Below are positions 1 to 12,225 of a stretch of 64,000 nucleotides of DNA, in pieces (position 1 is the first letter of the stretch; the number at the start of each line of letters is the position of its first letter). Origin of the DNA: an uncultured Chloroflexia bacterium (GTDB lineage: Bacteria; Chloroflexota; Anaerolineae; CG2-30-64-16); the NCBI GenBank assembly GCA_963810095.1, contig CAWEMM010000007.1, positions 192,001-256,000 of the forward strand, written 5' to 3'. A program made the translations under genes and the position numbers. The notes under the pieces were generated by a model. The model was given only the letters and a program-made list of their open reading frames with translations, was not told the origin of the DNA and did no database searches.

Positions 1-126
1 CGTAGTGAACATCGGCACAAATAATTGAATGTCGGACCGGGACGAGAAGCACGGCAGTCGTTGACGAGCCGTGGCGGCGAGAGTATCATGCCGAGAGCAG
101 AGCTGGTGATGAGAGGGGACGATTGA

Positions 127-2165
127 ATGCACGACGGAGGTTGGTGGGCGTTTATACGCTATGACGAAAAGAGCGATAAGCCGCGAATCAGCGGCCCTTT
201 GCTGCGCCGCGCACTGCGTTATGCCCGGCCTTACCGGGGCAAGATCATTGCGATGTTGGCCTTGGTGGTGGTGATCACGCTGCTTAACCTGATTCCGCCG
301 CTGTTGACCCGCGCCTTGATCGACCAGGCGCTGCCGAACAAAGACCTGCGGCAGCTGACGCTGCTGGCGTTCGGCATGCTCGCAGTGCCGCTGGTGACCG
401 GGTTGCTCGGCGTGGCGCAACGGTATTACAACGCCACGGTGGGCGAAGGGGTGATCAGCGACCTGCGCACCGGGCTGTTCAGCCATCTGCACAGCATGTC
501 GCTGCGCTTCTTCACCAACACGAAGACCGGCGAGCTCATGTCGCGCCTCAACAACGACGTCATCGGCGCACAGCGGGCCGTTACCGGCACTTTTATCGAC
601 CTGTTCGCCAACGTGATCACGCTGGTCAGCGCGCTGATCATCATGCTGAAGCTCGACTGGCGCCTCACGCTGCTGGCCGCCGCGGTCCTGCCGCTGTTCC
701 TCATTCCCGCCCGGGTGCTGGGCAAGCGCGTTCGGGCGACGGTCCGCGAGCAGATGACCCTCAACGCCGAGATGAATGCGATGATGGACGAGACGCTCAA
801 CGTCTCGGGCGCCCTGCTCGTCAAGCTGTTCGGCCGCAGCGCCAGCGAAGTGGGGCGATTCCGCGCGCGCGCCGAGCGGGTGCGCTGGGCCGGCGTTCGC
901 AATTCCTACCTCATGCGCTGGTTCTTCCTCACCGTCAGCCTGATCAGCGCAGTGGGCACGGTCGTCGTGTTCTGGGTCGGCGGCTTGCTCGTGATCCAGG
1001 GCCAGTTCACGATCGGGACCGTGGTGGCGTTCACGGCCTACCTCGGCATGATGTACGGGCCGCTGTCCGCACTGACGAACGCGCGCATGGACATCTCGGC
1101 CTCACTGGTCAGCTTCGAGCGGGTCTTTGAAGTGCTGGATCTGCCGCAGGAGATCCGTGAGAAGCCCGGCGCGCTGCGGCTCGACACGGTGCAGGGGCAG
1201 GTGGAGTTCGCAAAGGTGTCCTTCAGTTATCAGCCCGGCGAGAGCGTGCCCGGCGCCACCGCCGTCGGCCTGAGCGAAGTGTCACGTTTTGGTTGGGGCG
1301 GCCACGGCATGAGCGTGCCGCTTTCGCAGGAGGGCGGGAAGCTCGAAAAGCGGACGCCCGTGACCGGACCCAAGAACGGCGTCCAGGCTGCGCCGGGCGC
1401 AACTGAGCCGCCCGGCGCTCGACGCAGAGAGCGACGACACGGGCACGCTTGGGGAAACGCGGTGGGCGCTGCGCGACGTTTCCTTTGCGGTCAAGCCCGG
1501 CCAACTGGCCGCGCTTGTGGGTCCGAGCGGCGCGGGCAAAACGACAATTACCTACCTGCTGCCCCGGCTCTACGACCCAACGAGCGGCTCGATCTGCATC
1601 GACGGGCACGATCTGCGCGATCTGACCCTGGAGACGCTTGCCGCCCAGATCGGCATGGTGACCCAGGAGACCTACCTGTTCAACGACACCATTCGGGCGA
1701 ACCTGGTGTATGCCCGCTCGGACGCGACGGATGCGGAGATCGAGGCTGCCTGCCGGGCCGCGAACATCCACGACTTCATCGCGGAGTTGCCCGAAGGCTA
1801 CGACACCGTGGTCGGCAACCGGGGTTACCGCTTGTCCGGTGGGGAGAAGCAGCGCATCGCCATCGCCCGGGTGATCCTCAAGGACCCGCGGATACTGGTG
1901 CTGGACGAGGCCACGTCATCGCTCGACAGCCAGTCCGAGGCGCTGATCCAGGAAGCGCTCGAGCGCATCATGCAGGGCCGCACGAGCCTGGTCATCGCCC
2001 ACCGGCTGAGCACCATCCTGGCGGCAGACATGATCCTCGTGCTCGAAAAGGGCCGACTGGTCGAGCGCGGCACCGCACGCGGAGCTGCTCGCGCGGGGCG
2101 GGCTGTACGCGTCGCTCTACGAGACGCAGTTCAGGTACGCGCGCGAGGGGGACTTGGCCGGTTAG
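127..2165 (+). CDS. ABC exporter (fused TMD + NBD), two apparent frameshifts near 1410 and 2075
   Basis: Six-TM ABC membrane domain ([11 protein letters not shown]), then in shifted frames Walker A GPSGAGKT, signature LSGGEKQR, Walker [10 protein letters not shown]-loop IAHRLST and tail [17 protein letters not shown]; stop TAG at 2163-2165. Confidence 0.9.
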
Positions 2166-2174
2166 CGGCCAAAG

Positions 2175-2223
2175 AGAAACCAGGTTTCTGCACTCCGGAT
2201 CAACTGAGGCGAAACCTGGTTTC
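2175..2223. repeat. Paired REP-like short palindromes between convergent genes
   Basis: AGAAACCAGGTTTCT at 2175-2189 and GAAACCTGGTTTC at 2211-2223. Confidence 0.6.
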
Positions 2224-2238
2224 CTAGACCCGCAGAGA

Positions 2239-2666
2239 CTAAGCGTCGTCGCGTTCGGGGTTGTCGAAGCGGAAGAAGTTGCTCTGGTTCCCGTTCTTCA
2301 GGTTCTCCTGGAAGAGCATAATCAGGTTCCGCTCGTCGAACGTCCTGAACCAGTCGTCCCAGTTGACCTCTTCGAGCCGTCCGGTATCACCGCCGGGGAA
2401 GTCAAACCGTAGAACGCCAGCCGCTCGCCATGCTCGGTGCCGCTAACGGTCGCGGGCACGGCCCCGCGTTCCTCCGCCCACTTCATGATGACCTCATGAT
2501 TACGCGTGACGAGCGACTGCCCGTCGTGTTCCGCGTGCTCGTCCGGGCCGCCAATCCACTTCGACCGCCGCGTCGAGTCGGAGAGCTTATCGCCCCACTT
2601 CTTCAGGTACTTCTTGTCGTCGTCCGAAACTCGCTCAGGCAGTTCTTTGCTCGAGAACTGTGTCAT
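2239..2666 (-). CDS. Conserved hypothetical protein (frameshift near 2420)
   Basis: TRNHEVIMKWAEERGAVPATV joins, in another frame, to LRFDFPG..NWDDWFRTFDERNLIMLFQE..NFFRF; stop at 2239. Confidence 0.7.
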
Positions 2667-2942
2667 AGATTGTCGCCTCCCCGCGCATGCGCCTTGCCGC
2701 GGCAGCGCGGCGGTCCGCGCAGCGCGCTTTTGCGCTTAGGATAGGACGCTTATCCATAATTGTTTGTAGGCATGCGTATCTAAGGAAATAACATCTGATA
2801 GAAGGGGCCGGAAAACGGACCGAGCTTCGTCACCCATACTGGCATTTGGGATGTCGGGGTGCGGGTCGCCGGGGGGAACATGGGCATTCGTTGGAACGGA
2901 TGGGGTAACGCCGTATGAATTCCAACGTTTGGGATGGGGGCA

Positions 2943-2985
2943 GGGATTCTGCGCCAGCCGGCAACGCCGGCTGGCGCGGAATCCC
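2943..2985. terminator. Long GC hairpin downstream of the GEVED gene
   Basis: GGGATTCTGCGCCAGCCGGC-AAC-GCCGGCTGGCGCGGAATCCC. Confidence 0.6.
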
Positions 2986-3034
2986 CTGTCGTTCCAGCTA
3001 ATCACCCTTCCGGGCCGGGTGGTTATCCGTCGTG

Positions 3035-4360
3035 CTACCCGCGAAAAACCTTCCAGAGCCCGGCCACTAGCGCCATCGTCGTAGCAACGAGTGCACCTAC
3101 GAGGGGGAGGGCTGCCGGTGCAGCCGACCCACTGAACGCGCTCACGTTGACCGCATTCGGCCCGAACGACCAGCGGTAGTCCTCGACCTCGCCGTTGGTT
3201 GCGGAGCCGGTCGGCGACTTGGCGCTGGTGCAGCCACCGCCCGCGTCCTGCGCGTAGAGACGGAAGCGCGTATAGAAGCTGCCGCTGCCCGGTTGTACCG
3301 GCACAGCAAAAGTGAGCGTGCTCGTTCCAGTGTTTACCGGCACGTTCACCAGGATGTTCTCCGTTGGGTCCGTCATGTTGCCGTTGTTGTTCCAGTCGGC
3401 CCATCCGCTCAGGCATCCGGGCCCGCCGGTCACGATCACGTTCACCGAACCGCCGCCGTTCTTGCGTTGCCAGAGCACGCCCGGAGTCGGCGTCACCCCG
3501 TCTTCATCATCCGGACCTGCCACCGGGCCCTTGTCGTCGGCGAGAGCATCTGCCGAGGGGAGACCGTTGAGCTCGTAGGGATCGATCTGAGGCCCGAGGA
3601 AGAGGCTGCCGACAACATGGCGCGGGCCATTCGCCGCAAACGTCGTGCCGTAAGTCTCGGGCAGGTCGCCCCAGTCCAATGAAACCGTTCGAATGTCGTG
3701 GACAGTCAGGTCGGATGCGTCGGTCTTGCCGTCAATGAGCAGTTCAACTGCGCCAACACTGCTGAAGTTCGCACCGCTACCCCCCAGCGTCGTGAATGCG
3801 CCGAACGGCACGTAGTAGTCGATGGGTAGGGAACCGCCGGTTTGCCCTCCGGGCAGTGATATGGTTGCGGTCGAGGAGTTGGGGCCCGAGTAGATCGTGA
3901 ACTTGAGATCGATTGGCAGGTCATTCAGGAGGACCGAGATTGCCAGCCCGTTCTGGGTGCCAGCCTGGGTCAGGTCCACGCCTCCCAGCCCGCTGGGATT
4001 GAGCGTGATCGAGCCGTCCACGCCATCCCACTGGATCAACGTCTGTGCGATGATGCCGGTGTCCTGGCTGTGCAGCAGGTCGCTGGTAATCGCCTGCATG
4101 CTGGCTGTGCCCGGCGAACCAGATAGCACTGTGACCCGTACATCGCGCTCGGTTCCCAAGACGTTCGGGCCCGAGACGGAGCCCCCGGCAGGGTTGCCCA
4201 GCGAAGCAACTACCGGACCCTGAGCGGCATCGAAGTGATCGATGGTGACCACGGCATCGGGCGCCGCGCTGACAAATGACGCGGCGTACAGCATCAGCAA
4301 GCCAATCAGCAGCAAGGCGGAAATGAGGCGACGTGGCGTCGCGCGTAGCGGTCGTGGCAT
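3035..4360 (-). CDS. Secreted GEVED-domain surface protein with C-terminal membrane anchor
   Basis: Signal peptide; DWGDLPETYGT, DDEDGV, WADWNNNG, FYTRFR and GEVEDY motifs; C-terminal GPNAVNVSAF followed by a hydrophobic helix and KVFRG. Confidence 0.8.
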   Translation of the reverse strand: MPRPLRATPRRLISALLLIGLLMLYAASFVSAAPDAVVTIDHFDAAQGPVVASLGNPAGGSVSGPNVLGTERDVRVTVLSGSPGTASMQAITSDLLHSQDTGIIAQTLIQWDGVDGSITLNPSGLGGVDLTQAGTQNGLAISVLLNDLPIDLKFTIYSGPNSSTATISLPGGQTGGSLPIDYYVPFGAFTTLGGSGANFSSVGAVELLIDGKTDASDLTVHDIRTVSLDWGDLPETYGTTFAANGPRHVVGSLFLGPQIDPYELNGLPSADALADDKGPVAGPDDEDGVTPTPGVLWQRKNGGGSVNVIVTGGPGCLSGWADWNNNGNMTDPTENILVNVPVNTGTSTLTFAVPVQPGSGSFYTRFRLYAQDAGGGCTSAKSPTGSATNGEVEDYRWSFGPNAVNVSAFSGSAAPAALPLVGALVATTMALVAGLWKVFRG

Positions 4361-4522
4361 GATGAGGTCTCCTTGATTGGTAGATCGTCCGCGGGCGAAA
4401 CGATCAGGGATGGAAATGTTCAAGCGACACGGTTGCTGACGCGCCTATTATCCATTACTAGAGGGAATTTAGCAAGTGGTTAATGCGGAGATTGTGCACA
4501 TCTTGTCCGACAACGGGCGGTT

Positions 4523-4558
4523 GTGGGAGCCTAGGCTCTGGCGGCCGCAGGCTCCCAC
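4523..4558. repeat. REP-like/terminator hairpin downstream of the zinc-ribbon gene
   Basis: GTGGGAGCCT...AGGCTCCCAC inverted repeat. Confidence 0.5.
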
Positions 4559-4566
4559 GATGCAGA

Positions 4567-4728
4567 CTACTTTTTTTCCTGGGTCGACGAGAGGAAGCGG
4601 GTCACCTTCGTGCCACAGACCGGGCAGGTTCCCTGGGCCATCTTGCGGCCGTTGGGGGTTTCTTTGACCTCGCCGTTCTTCACCTCGCGCTTCTCGCGAC
4701 ACTTGACACAATAGGCTTCGAAATCCAT
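4567..4728 (-). CDS. 53-aa basic zinc-ribbon protein (DUF5679-like), absent from the ORF track
   Basis: Manual translation MDFEAYCVKCREKREVKNGEVKETPNGRKMAQGTCPVCGTKVTRFLSSTQEKK; GGAG RBS upstream; two CxxC pairs. Confidence 0.85.
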   Translation of the reverse strand: MDFEAYCVKCREKREVKNGEVKETPNGRKMAQGTCPVCGTKVTRFLSSTQEKK

Positions 4729-4926
4729 TCCTGTATCTCCTTTTCTGGTGTGCCCTACACGTTCTACTCCAAAGGATGATCAACATAGCCGTACGTTGCT
4801 GCGCTTTAGCTTACAAACGGCCAATCTGCAGGAGATTACGAATTTGTTCGAGGATTCACAAGTAACGCGGTTCGACCGCGAGAACTTGTCGGGATACAGG
4901 GTCTGTGGTAAGTTGGGCACGGCAGC

Positions 4927-5867
4927 ATGGGTTTCTCTCATCTGAAGCGTGAGTGTTCAGGAGTTGATTTCGTGGGCTGGCCTTCTGCGTTCTCCAGATG
5001 GAATGCTCGGTGCCAACAGAAGCGCCCGCGCGTTCCCTTCTTGAGTCTCCTGGTAGTCGCCGCCGCAGTCATGTTGGGTGTAGACATGGCTGCACCTGTG
5101 CTTGGTCCCGTTGCCGAATTCACCATCGATGTCGCCCTCTTTGCGATCCTCATCCCTGTCGTCGTGCGTCACCGCGTCTCGAGTGAGTCGCGAATGAAAC
5201 GCGAGGCCGCGGCCGCCCAGGAGGCGGCGCTGGCCGAAGACCGGCGCATGTTGGCGCGCGAGTTGCATGATTCGATCGCGCAGCACTTGTCTTATCTGCA
5301 CCTGAGACTCGACGAGTTGGCCCAAAAAGACAACGGCGTCGGGGCGTCCGCCGTAGCAACTGAGCTTGGACGGCTTCGCGAGGTGGCGAACGAAGCCTAC
5401 GAAGAGGTCTACTGCCTGATGTCGAGTCTGCGATCGGGTCCCGTCGGCCAGTTGGCTGACACCCTGCGCGCGCGGGCGACGCTCTCTGCGCATCAAGCGG
5501 GTTTCGACACGAGGATCATCCAGGTCGGAGAACCGCAGAGGCTAAAATCGTGCTATGAGCAGGAGATCACATTAATTGTCCGCGAGGCCCTGGCCAACGT
5601 AGAGAAGCATGCCCCGCGACGCACGTAGACGTCGCGATGCACTGGACGGCAGACCGGCTCGGCATCACGATTCGCGATAACGGCCAGGGCCTAGATGTCG
5701 CCAGAGATGGGAAGTCCGGGCATTTCGGACTGGAGATCATGAAGGAGCGCGCTGCGGAGATGGGTGGCGTGCTCAACGTTGACTCGCTTCCGGGCGAGGG
5801 GACTGTTGTCAGTCTGTCGGTGCCGATGTCTCGCGTGCTCGAGCCGGATACCGAGTCGACTGTGTAG
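4927..5867 (+). CDS. Sensor histidine kinase, HisKA_3 (NarX/LiaS type), frameshift near 5615; start uncertain
   Basis: Two TM helices; ARELHDSIAQ H-box; EALANVEKHA N-box; RDNGQG and HFGLEIMKERA in the next frame. Confidence 0.85.
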
Positions 5868-5895
5868 TCCACGACACTGGGCCCAGGTGCTGCCA

Positions 5896-6547
5896 ATGCC
5901 ATCCGACGCTCTCACGGTCGTCGTTGTCGACGATCAATTGCTGTTCCGCCAGGGCCTTGCAGGCCTGCTGGCTGGCCAACCTGATTTCGCCGTCGTGGGC
6001 GAGGCGGGGACGGTCGCCGAGTCGATCGAGCAGGTGCGGCGGCTGCGTCCACGAATCGTGCTGATGGACTACGGGCTGCCGGATGGCACCGGGGCAGACG
6101 CTACCCGAGAGATCCTGGCACTCGAGCCCGCCACCAAGATCGTCATCCTCACGGTTCACGAAGAGGATGAGGTGCTGCTGGACGCAATCCGGGCCGCGCG
6201 CGAAAGGCTACCTGCTCAAGAACACCCGCGTGGAGCGCTTGCTGTCGTTTCTCCGTGCCATGGCAGAGGGCGCGCCAGCGCTCGAGCCCCAGACCACTGC
6301 ACGTCTCCTCGATGCGCTCGCGAAGCCTCGGAAGGCCGAACCCGACGCAGCCGCGCTGGCGCAACTCAGCGACCGCGAGCGCGCGGTGCTGGAGGCGCTG
6401 GCAGCGGGCAAGACCAACGCAGAAATCGGGCAAACCCTTTTCATCTCGGAGAACACCGTCAAGATCCATGTACGAAGAATCCTCGCGAAGCTCGGCCTCG
6501 AGAACCGCCGGGATGCTGCCAGGTACAAGCGGAGTGACAGTAGATGA
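5896..6547 (+). CDS. NarL/LuxR family response regulator (frameshift near 6195)
   Basis: VVVDDQLLFRQG, VLMDYGLP, GYLLK; LuxR HTH LSDRERAVL...ISENTVKIHVRRILAKL. Confidence 0.9.
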
Positions 6548-6833
6548 CGTTTCCTCGCCTCTTGCAAGGGCTGGGGGGCACGATCAGGATCCCTACGTCA
6601 TTCCTCCCACCTGAATGTGGTTTTTAATACGCAAATCTCCCTCCTAAGTATTAGCTCTCCATTCTGTTTTGAAGCGGCCGAAGCTATCAATTGGACTCGA
6701 TAATGTATCCGTATTGTATTCGAGAATAAAGCTCCGGGTTATGGACCCACAGCGTGCACGGGTGTACGATACGATACGGAAGCAGTAGGGCCCACGGACT
6801 TTGTCTGCGACCTATTCGAGCGGCGGTGCAACT

Positions 6834-7202
6834 ATGAATTCCCCTGACAGGAAACACGAACAGCGGATTCTTGTCGTTGATCCTGGTTCACTGCTGGGGG
6901 CAGGTCTGGTTCATTTGCTGGCGTCGACAGTGCAGGCGGCGGAGGATCACTTCACAGACGTCCGTGTTGTAACGGACGAGAGCGAGGAGCTGGCCGGTGT
7001 ACTTCGAAGCTACCGGCCTCACATGGTAATCGTGACCGACCTTGGCTTCCCGTTCGGCTCCGAAGTTCAACACGCCCTCGATAACTCGGACCCGGTGCCA
7101 AGGATTATTCGCATTGGTCCGGATTGCAACGCGGCCTGCGTTCACGACCAATTTCGCGTTCAACTGAATGTGATTGGTGATCTGCTAGCTTTGATTCCCT
7201 AG
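6834..7202 (+). CDS. Degenerate receiver-like single-domain protein
   Basis: RILVVDPGSLLGAGLVHLL...YRPHMVIVTD resembles REC beta1-alpha1 and beta3. Confidence 0.5.
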   Translation: MNSPDRKHEQRILVVDPGSLLGAGLVHLLASTVQAAEDHFTDVRVVTDESEELAGVLRSYRPHMVIVTDLGFPFGSEVQHALDNSDPVPRIIRIGPDCNAACVHDQFRVQLNVIGDLLALIP

Positions 7203-7314
7203 TTTCGTAAGTTGGTGGCGCAAGCAGGCGCCCAAGGAGGCACCCCCATTCAATGCGTCTTTTTCCCCTTGGCAGCAACCACCGCGAAGCCTGACTTAGT
7301 GAAGGAGAACCGAG

Positions 7315-10300
7315 ATGGGTAAACATAGAAAGCTAAATGTCCTGCTCTTGCTCGCCGTCATCACCTCGATGTTGTTGACGTGTGCAGCTTCAGGCGTGGT
7401 GCAGCCCCGGCTGTTCGCAGCCACGAGTGCTGCGAACAGCACCATTGCTGCGGCCTTGCCCGCAAGCCCCGTTGACGAAACGAAGGTGCCTCATTATTTC
7501 GGCCCCTATCCGAACTGGGCAAACAGCCCATTCACGCTCCCTGACGCGACGGTAACGATCTCAGGGGATGGCACTGGCGCCACGGCCGAAGCCACGGTCG
7601 GGGCGAACGGCACTGTCACCGGCATCACCATTACCAATCCCGGGAGTGGCTACACCGCCGCGACGATCTCGATCGCTGGATCGGGAAGTGGGGCCACCGC
7701 TAACGCGGTGATCACCTGACCGGCATCGTCACCGGCGTCGCTGTCACCAACGGAGGCGGCGGCTACAAGCCCGGTCGTAACCTTCTCCGGCGGCGGCGCG
7801 ACCACGCACGCCACAGCGACCGCGTATGGCGCCGTCGATACTGTCGCTCGTCGCTGACACCAACTCTGCAGCGGCTACACCATGCCGACGGTCGACTTCG
7901 ACTTCCCGGACGACCCGAACGGCACGATCGCCAAGGGCGCACGTGACTGTGGGAGTCAATTGCACCCCATGGCGCCGGCTACTACGTCACGGTCAAGGCA
8001 TCGTGGTGGACGATCCCGGCTCCGGGTACTCCGCACGCGCCGAACGTCGTGATTCGCGACGGCACCCAGGCCAACCCAATCAACAACAAGGCGAGCCGCG
8101 ACGATCTGCCGTGCGGGCTGAGGCGGCTAAGGTGGAGGCGGAAGGCGCGGTTCTGATCGAGGCGCAACCGCGCTTGCGCCCACTTGAACCGGCAACGGCC
8201 ACGGCTGTTGCCACGCTTAGTATCCAGAGCGTCGGCATGAAGACTTTCGGTGCGGGCTACACTTCGGCGCCGACCGTGACCTTCACGGATGCGACCGGGA
8301 CCGGCAGCGGCGCGGCTGGCTCCGCCACGATTACAGCCGGCGGCATCACCGGGGTGACCAACCTGGTAGGCGGCTCCGGCTACATCACGGCGGGCGGCAT
8401 CAAGAAGTTCGCCGACCCGCTGCCAGGGCTCTGCGATCCCGCAGGCATCCTGGCACCTACATGCCCGACTGCGGCCTCGCTGGCGGCCAATCCTCTCGCT
8501 AAAGCGATTCCGATCGGCGTCGCCGATAAATCGGGCCCATACCAGAGCCCGGTGCCTGCTCCTGGCGTCTCAGACACCTACGAGATTGCGCTCGTGCAGT
8601 ACAGGATGAGCTTCTCGTCGAGTCTGCCACCGACTACGCTCGTCAGGGGCTACGTCCAGATCGAGACGCCGTCGTTGCTGGCCGCTAACCCTGGGCTGGT
8701 GAGCGCGCACTTCCCGCTCACGAACGCCAATCTAGATCCGGCTCTACCTGACACGCCGGTGTTGATCAATGGGGTCCAGGCCTACGGCGTGACGCCTCCC
8801 CAGTACCTGGGGCCAGTCATTGTCACACCCAAGAACCATCCGGTGCGGATCGTGTTCCGCAACATGCTCCCGACTGGTAACGCGGGCGACCTGTTCCTGC
8901 CGGTGGACTCCTCCTTGATGGGGGCCGGCATGGGCACTGGGTGGGAGAACTACGATCCGGTGCCGGTGCCCGGTGGAACCGTGATGGACGATGTCCGCAA
9001 TCCTCGGTGCACCGGGGCGTATAGCGACGGGCTATTCTGCTTCCTCAAGAACCGGGCCACGCTGCATCTCCACGGTGGCAACACCCCGTGGATCAGCGAC
9101 GGCACGCCGCACCAGTGGATCTCCCCGGCTGGCGATACCACGACCTGGCCGCAGGGCGTCAGCGTAGGGAACGTTCCGGACATGAACGTCTGCACGGCCG
9201 CGGACGACGGCTGCCAGACCTTCTACTACACCAACCAGCAGAGCGCGCGGCTGATGTTCTACCATGACCACGCGTATGGCCTCACGCGCCTCAACGTCAT
9301 ACGCAGGTGAGGCGGCTGGCTACCTGATCACCGACGAGACCGAGACGAAGCTGATGGCCGCCGGCGGCGCCCTCGAAGGCCTCGGCATCGGCACTCCGCT
9401 AGTCATCCAGGACAAGACTTTCGTGCCGCAGCCACGAGCAGCTCAGCCTGGCAGGACCCGACCTGGGATTCCACCCGGTGGGGCGGTTACGGAAACCTGT
9501 GGTACCACCACGTCTACATGCCGGCGCAAAACCCGGGCGACCCGAGCGGCATGAGCGGCTACGGCCGCTGGATGTACGGGCCGTGGTTCTGGCCGCCTGC
9601 AGGGGACGCCAAGTACGGTCCGATCGCCAACCCTTACTACAACATGGACCCGGAAACAGGCTTCACGACACCCTGGCCGTGCCGTGCACCTTGGACGACC
9701 CGACCACCTGGCAGTACGACACGGACCCGTTCTGCGAACCTGCGTTGATCCCCGGCACGCCGAACATCTCGGCCGGCATGGAGCAGTTCAACGACACGCC
9801 GATCGTCAACGGAACGGCGTACCCGACCATCACCGTTGAGCCGAAGGCGTACCGTTTCCGCGTCCTGAACGCGGCCAACGACCGTTTCTTCAACTTCCAG
9901 TGGTACGTGGGCGATCCCACCACCGCAAGCACTGTTGTCGGGCCGACCGAGGTTGCTCTGAACCCAGCCGAAGTGGCGGCGGCGCAGACCGACCCGAACG
10001 TCTCCCCGAGCCCTACAAGAGCATAGTCGTGAACGGCGCTACCGTCGATCTCCAGGACCGGACTGGATCCTGATCGGCACCGAGGGCGGGTTCCTGCCGG
10101 CCCCGGTGGTCGTCGACGGCCAGCAGGTGACCACCTGGATCACCGACCCGACCGTCTTCCACGTCGGCAACGTGGACTTGTACTCCCTGCTGCTGGCGCC
10201 GGCCGAGCGGGCCGACGTGATCGTCGACTTCTCGCGTTCGCCGGCCAGACGCTGATCCTCTACAACGACGCCCCGGCTGCGTTCCCGGCTCGTATCGCAA

Positions 10301-12090
10301 GCTACGACTACTACACCGGTGCCCCGGACATGCGTCCGGTGGGCGCGCCGCCCATCCTGCCCGGCTACGGCCCGAACACCCGCACGGTCATGCAGGTGAA
10401 GGTCGCGGGTAACGCCCGCGGCGCCGTTCAACCTGACTAAGCTTCGCAATGCCTTCAGCCACAAGGCGGACGGGTCCGGCGTGTTCGAGTCGGGCCAGCA
10501 CCCAATCATCGTCGGGCAGGCGGCCTACAACTCGGCCTACGGCACAAGCTTCGTCATCTAGCGGCTGGTGCAATGCACCCGACGAACCCGAGCGCACGCT
10601 GCGACGGGTACGCCCGCATCTCGGAGCAGGGCGGCGACATGTTCAAGTTCGACACGCTCAACAAGGACATGTTCGGGAATCCCAAGCAGGTCTCGGTCAA
10701 GATCGAACCGAAAGCGATGCACGACGAGACCAACGCATCGGCCTTCGATGAGTTCGGACGGATGCAGGCCAACCTGGGCCTCGAAGTTGTGCCGGCCACT
10801 CCGGTGTTGCAGAACATAGTCCTGCATCCGTACATCTTCCCGACTACCGAGATCGTCGACACCACCACGCTACCGGAGGCCACCGAAGCTGGTCGGGGGG
10901 ACGTTCCAGGACGTCACGGTGACTCCGATCTCCTCAGGCACGGACGGGACCCAGATCTGGAAATTCACGCACAACGGCGTGGACACGCACCCAATCCACT
11001 TCCACGCCTTCGACGTGCAGGTCCTGAACCGTGTCACGTGGGACAACATCATCATGCCGCCCGATGCCACCGAGCTTGGCTGGAAGGACACCCTCCGCAT
11101 CAGCCCGCTGGATAGACACGATCGTTGCGTGCGGGCTGTCGTTCCGAAGCTGCCCTGGGACGTGCCTAACAGCGTCCGGTTGATTAACCCGGCGATGCAG
11201 GACGGCGTGTCGATAGCTCTCTCGTCTGTAGCCGGCAAGCTCGACATGGGTATGACGGCGTTTGCTCCTAACGGCGAGCCGATCGACGTCTACAACCACT
11301 ACATGAACTTCGGTTCGGAGTACGTCTACCACTGCCATATCCTCAGTCATGAGGAGATGGACATGATGCGGCCGGTGTCGCTGGCCTACCCGCCGGTGGC
11401 CCCGTCCAACCTGAATGTGGCGGCTCCGACCGGCAGCGGCGCCAGCCGGTACGTGCAGCTAACCTGGACGGACAACTCCCGGAGCGAGACGAACTGGGTG
11501 ATCGAACGCTCTTCAACCGGCGCCAACGGGCCGTGGACCGTGCTGCCGACTATCCCATCTGACCCGGCGAACCCGGCGCTCAGCCCGACAACCGGCCAGA
11601 GCATTAACCGGACGGTCACCTACAGAGACGTGATCGGCACGCGCAGTGCTTCCATACTCCTACCGGGTCCAAGCCATCAACGTGGTGGGTGACACGTGGG
11701 ACTACGCGGACCCGGCGCTCAACACGATCGTGAGCGGCGGCTTCCCGACGGTGACCACCAGGTCCGGTTACTCGAATGTCCAGTCGTGGGTGACGGCGCC
11801 GGCGGCCCCCACGCTGACGAGCGCGACCAACCTGGGCGTGCAGGGTACCACCAACCGTGTACAATTGATCTGGACGGACGTGCCCGGGGCGGTCGGCTAC
11901 ACGATTCAACGAGCGACGAACTCGGCGTTCACGACTGGCGTGACCAACATCAATCGTGGGTGCCGGCTCCGTCAGCTACATTGATACGGTGCCGCGCAGC
12001 CCGGTCGGCACCACTTACTACTACCGGGTCCAGGCGCTCAATCCAGCGGCGTCCGCCTGGTCCAATGTCCGCAGTATCGTAACGCGGTAG
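7315..12090 (+). CDS. Giant secreted multicopper oxidase with N-terminal Gly/Thr repeats and C-terminal FN3 domains (many frameshifts)
   Basis: RBS AAGGAG and signal peptide; all four Cu-ligand motifs across frames (HLHGG, FYHDH, HPIHFH, HCHILSHEEMDMM); FN3 LTWTDNS..YRVQA; stop TAG at 12088-12090. Confidence 0.88.
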
Positions 12091-12115
12091 TCGTACCTCG
12101 CAGTACGATCGTCTT

Positions 12116-12173
12116 CGGGGGAGGGAGTGCTCCTTCCAGGATCCAGTCCTTACGGGAGCGAATCCTTCCCCCG
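12116..12173 (+). terminator. Hairpin after the multicopper oxidase gene
   Basis: CGGGGGAGGGA...TCCTTCCCCCG inverted repeat. Confidence 0.4.
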
Positions 12174-12225
12174 ATATCCGTATCGAGTAGGCTGAATAAC
12201 GGGTGCGAGATGGCATATAGACGAG

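Noticed and set aside
2750-2758. TTATCCATA, similar to a DnaA box
   Set aside because: Single mismatched copy with no cluster or oriC gene context.
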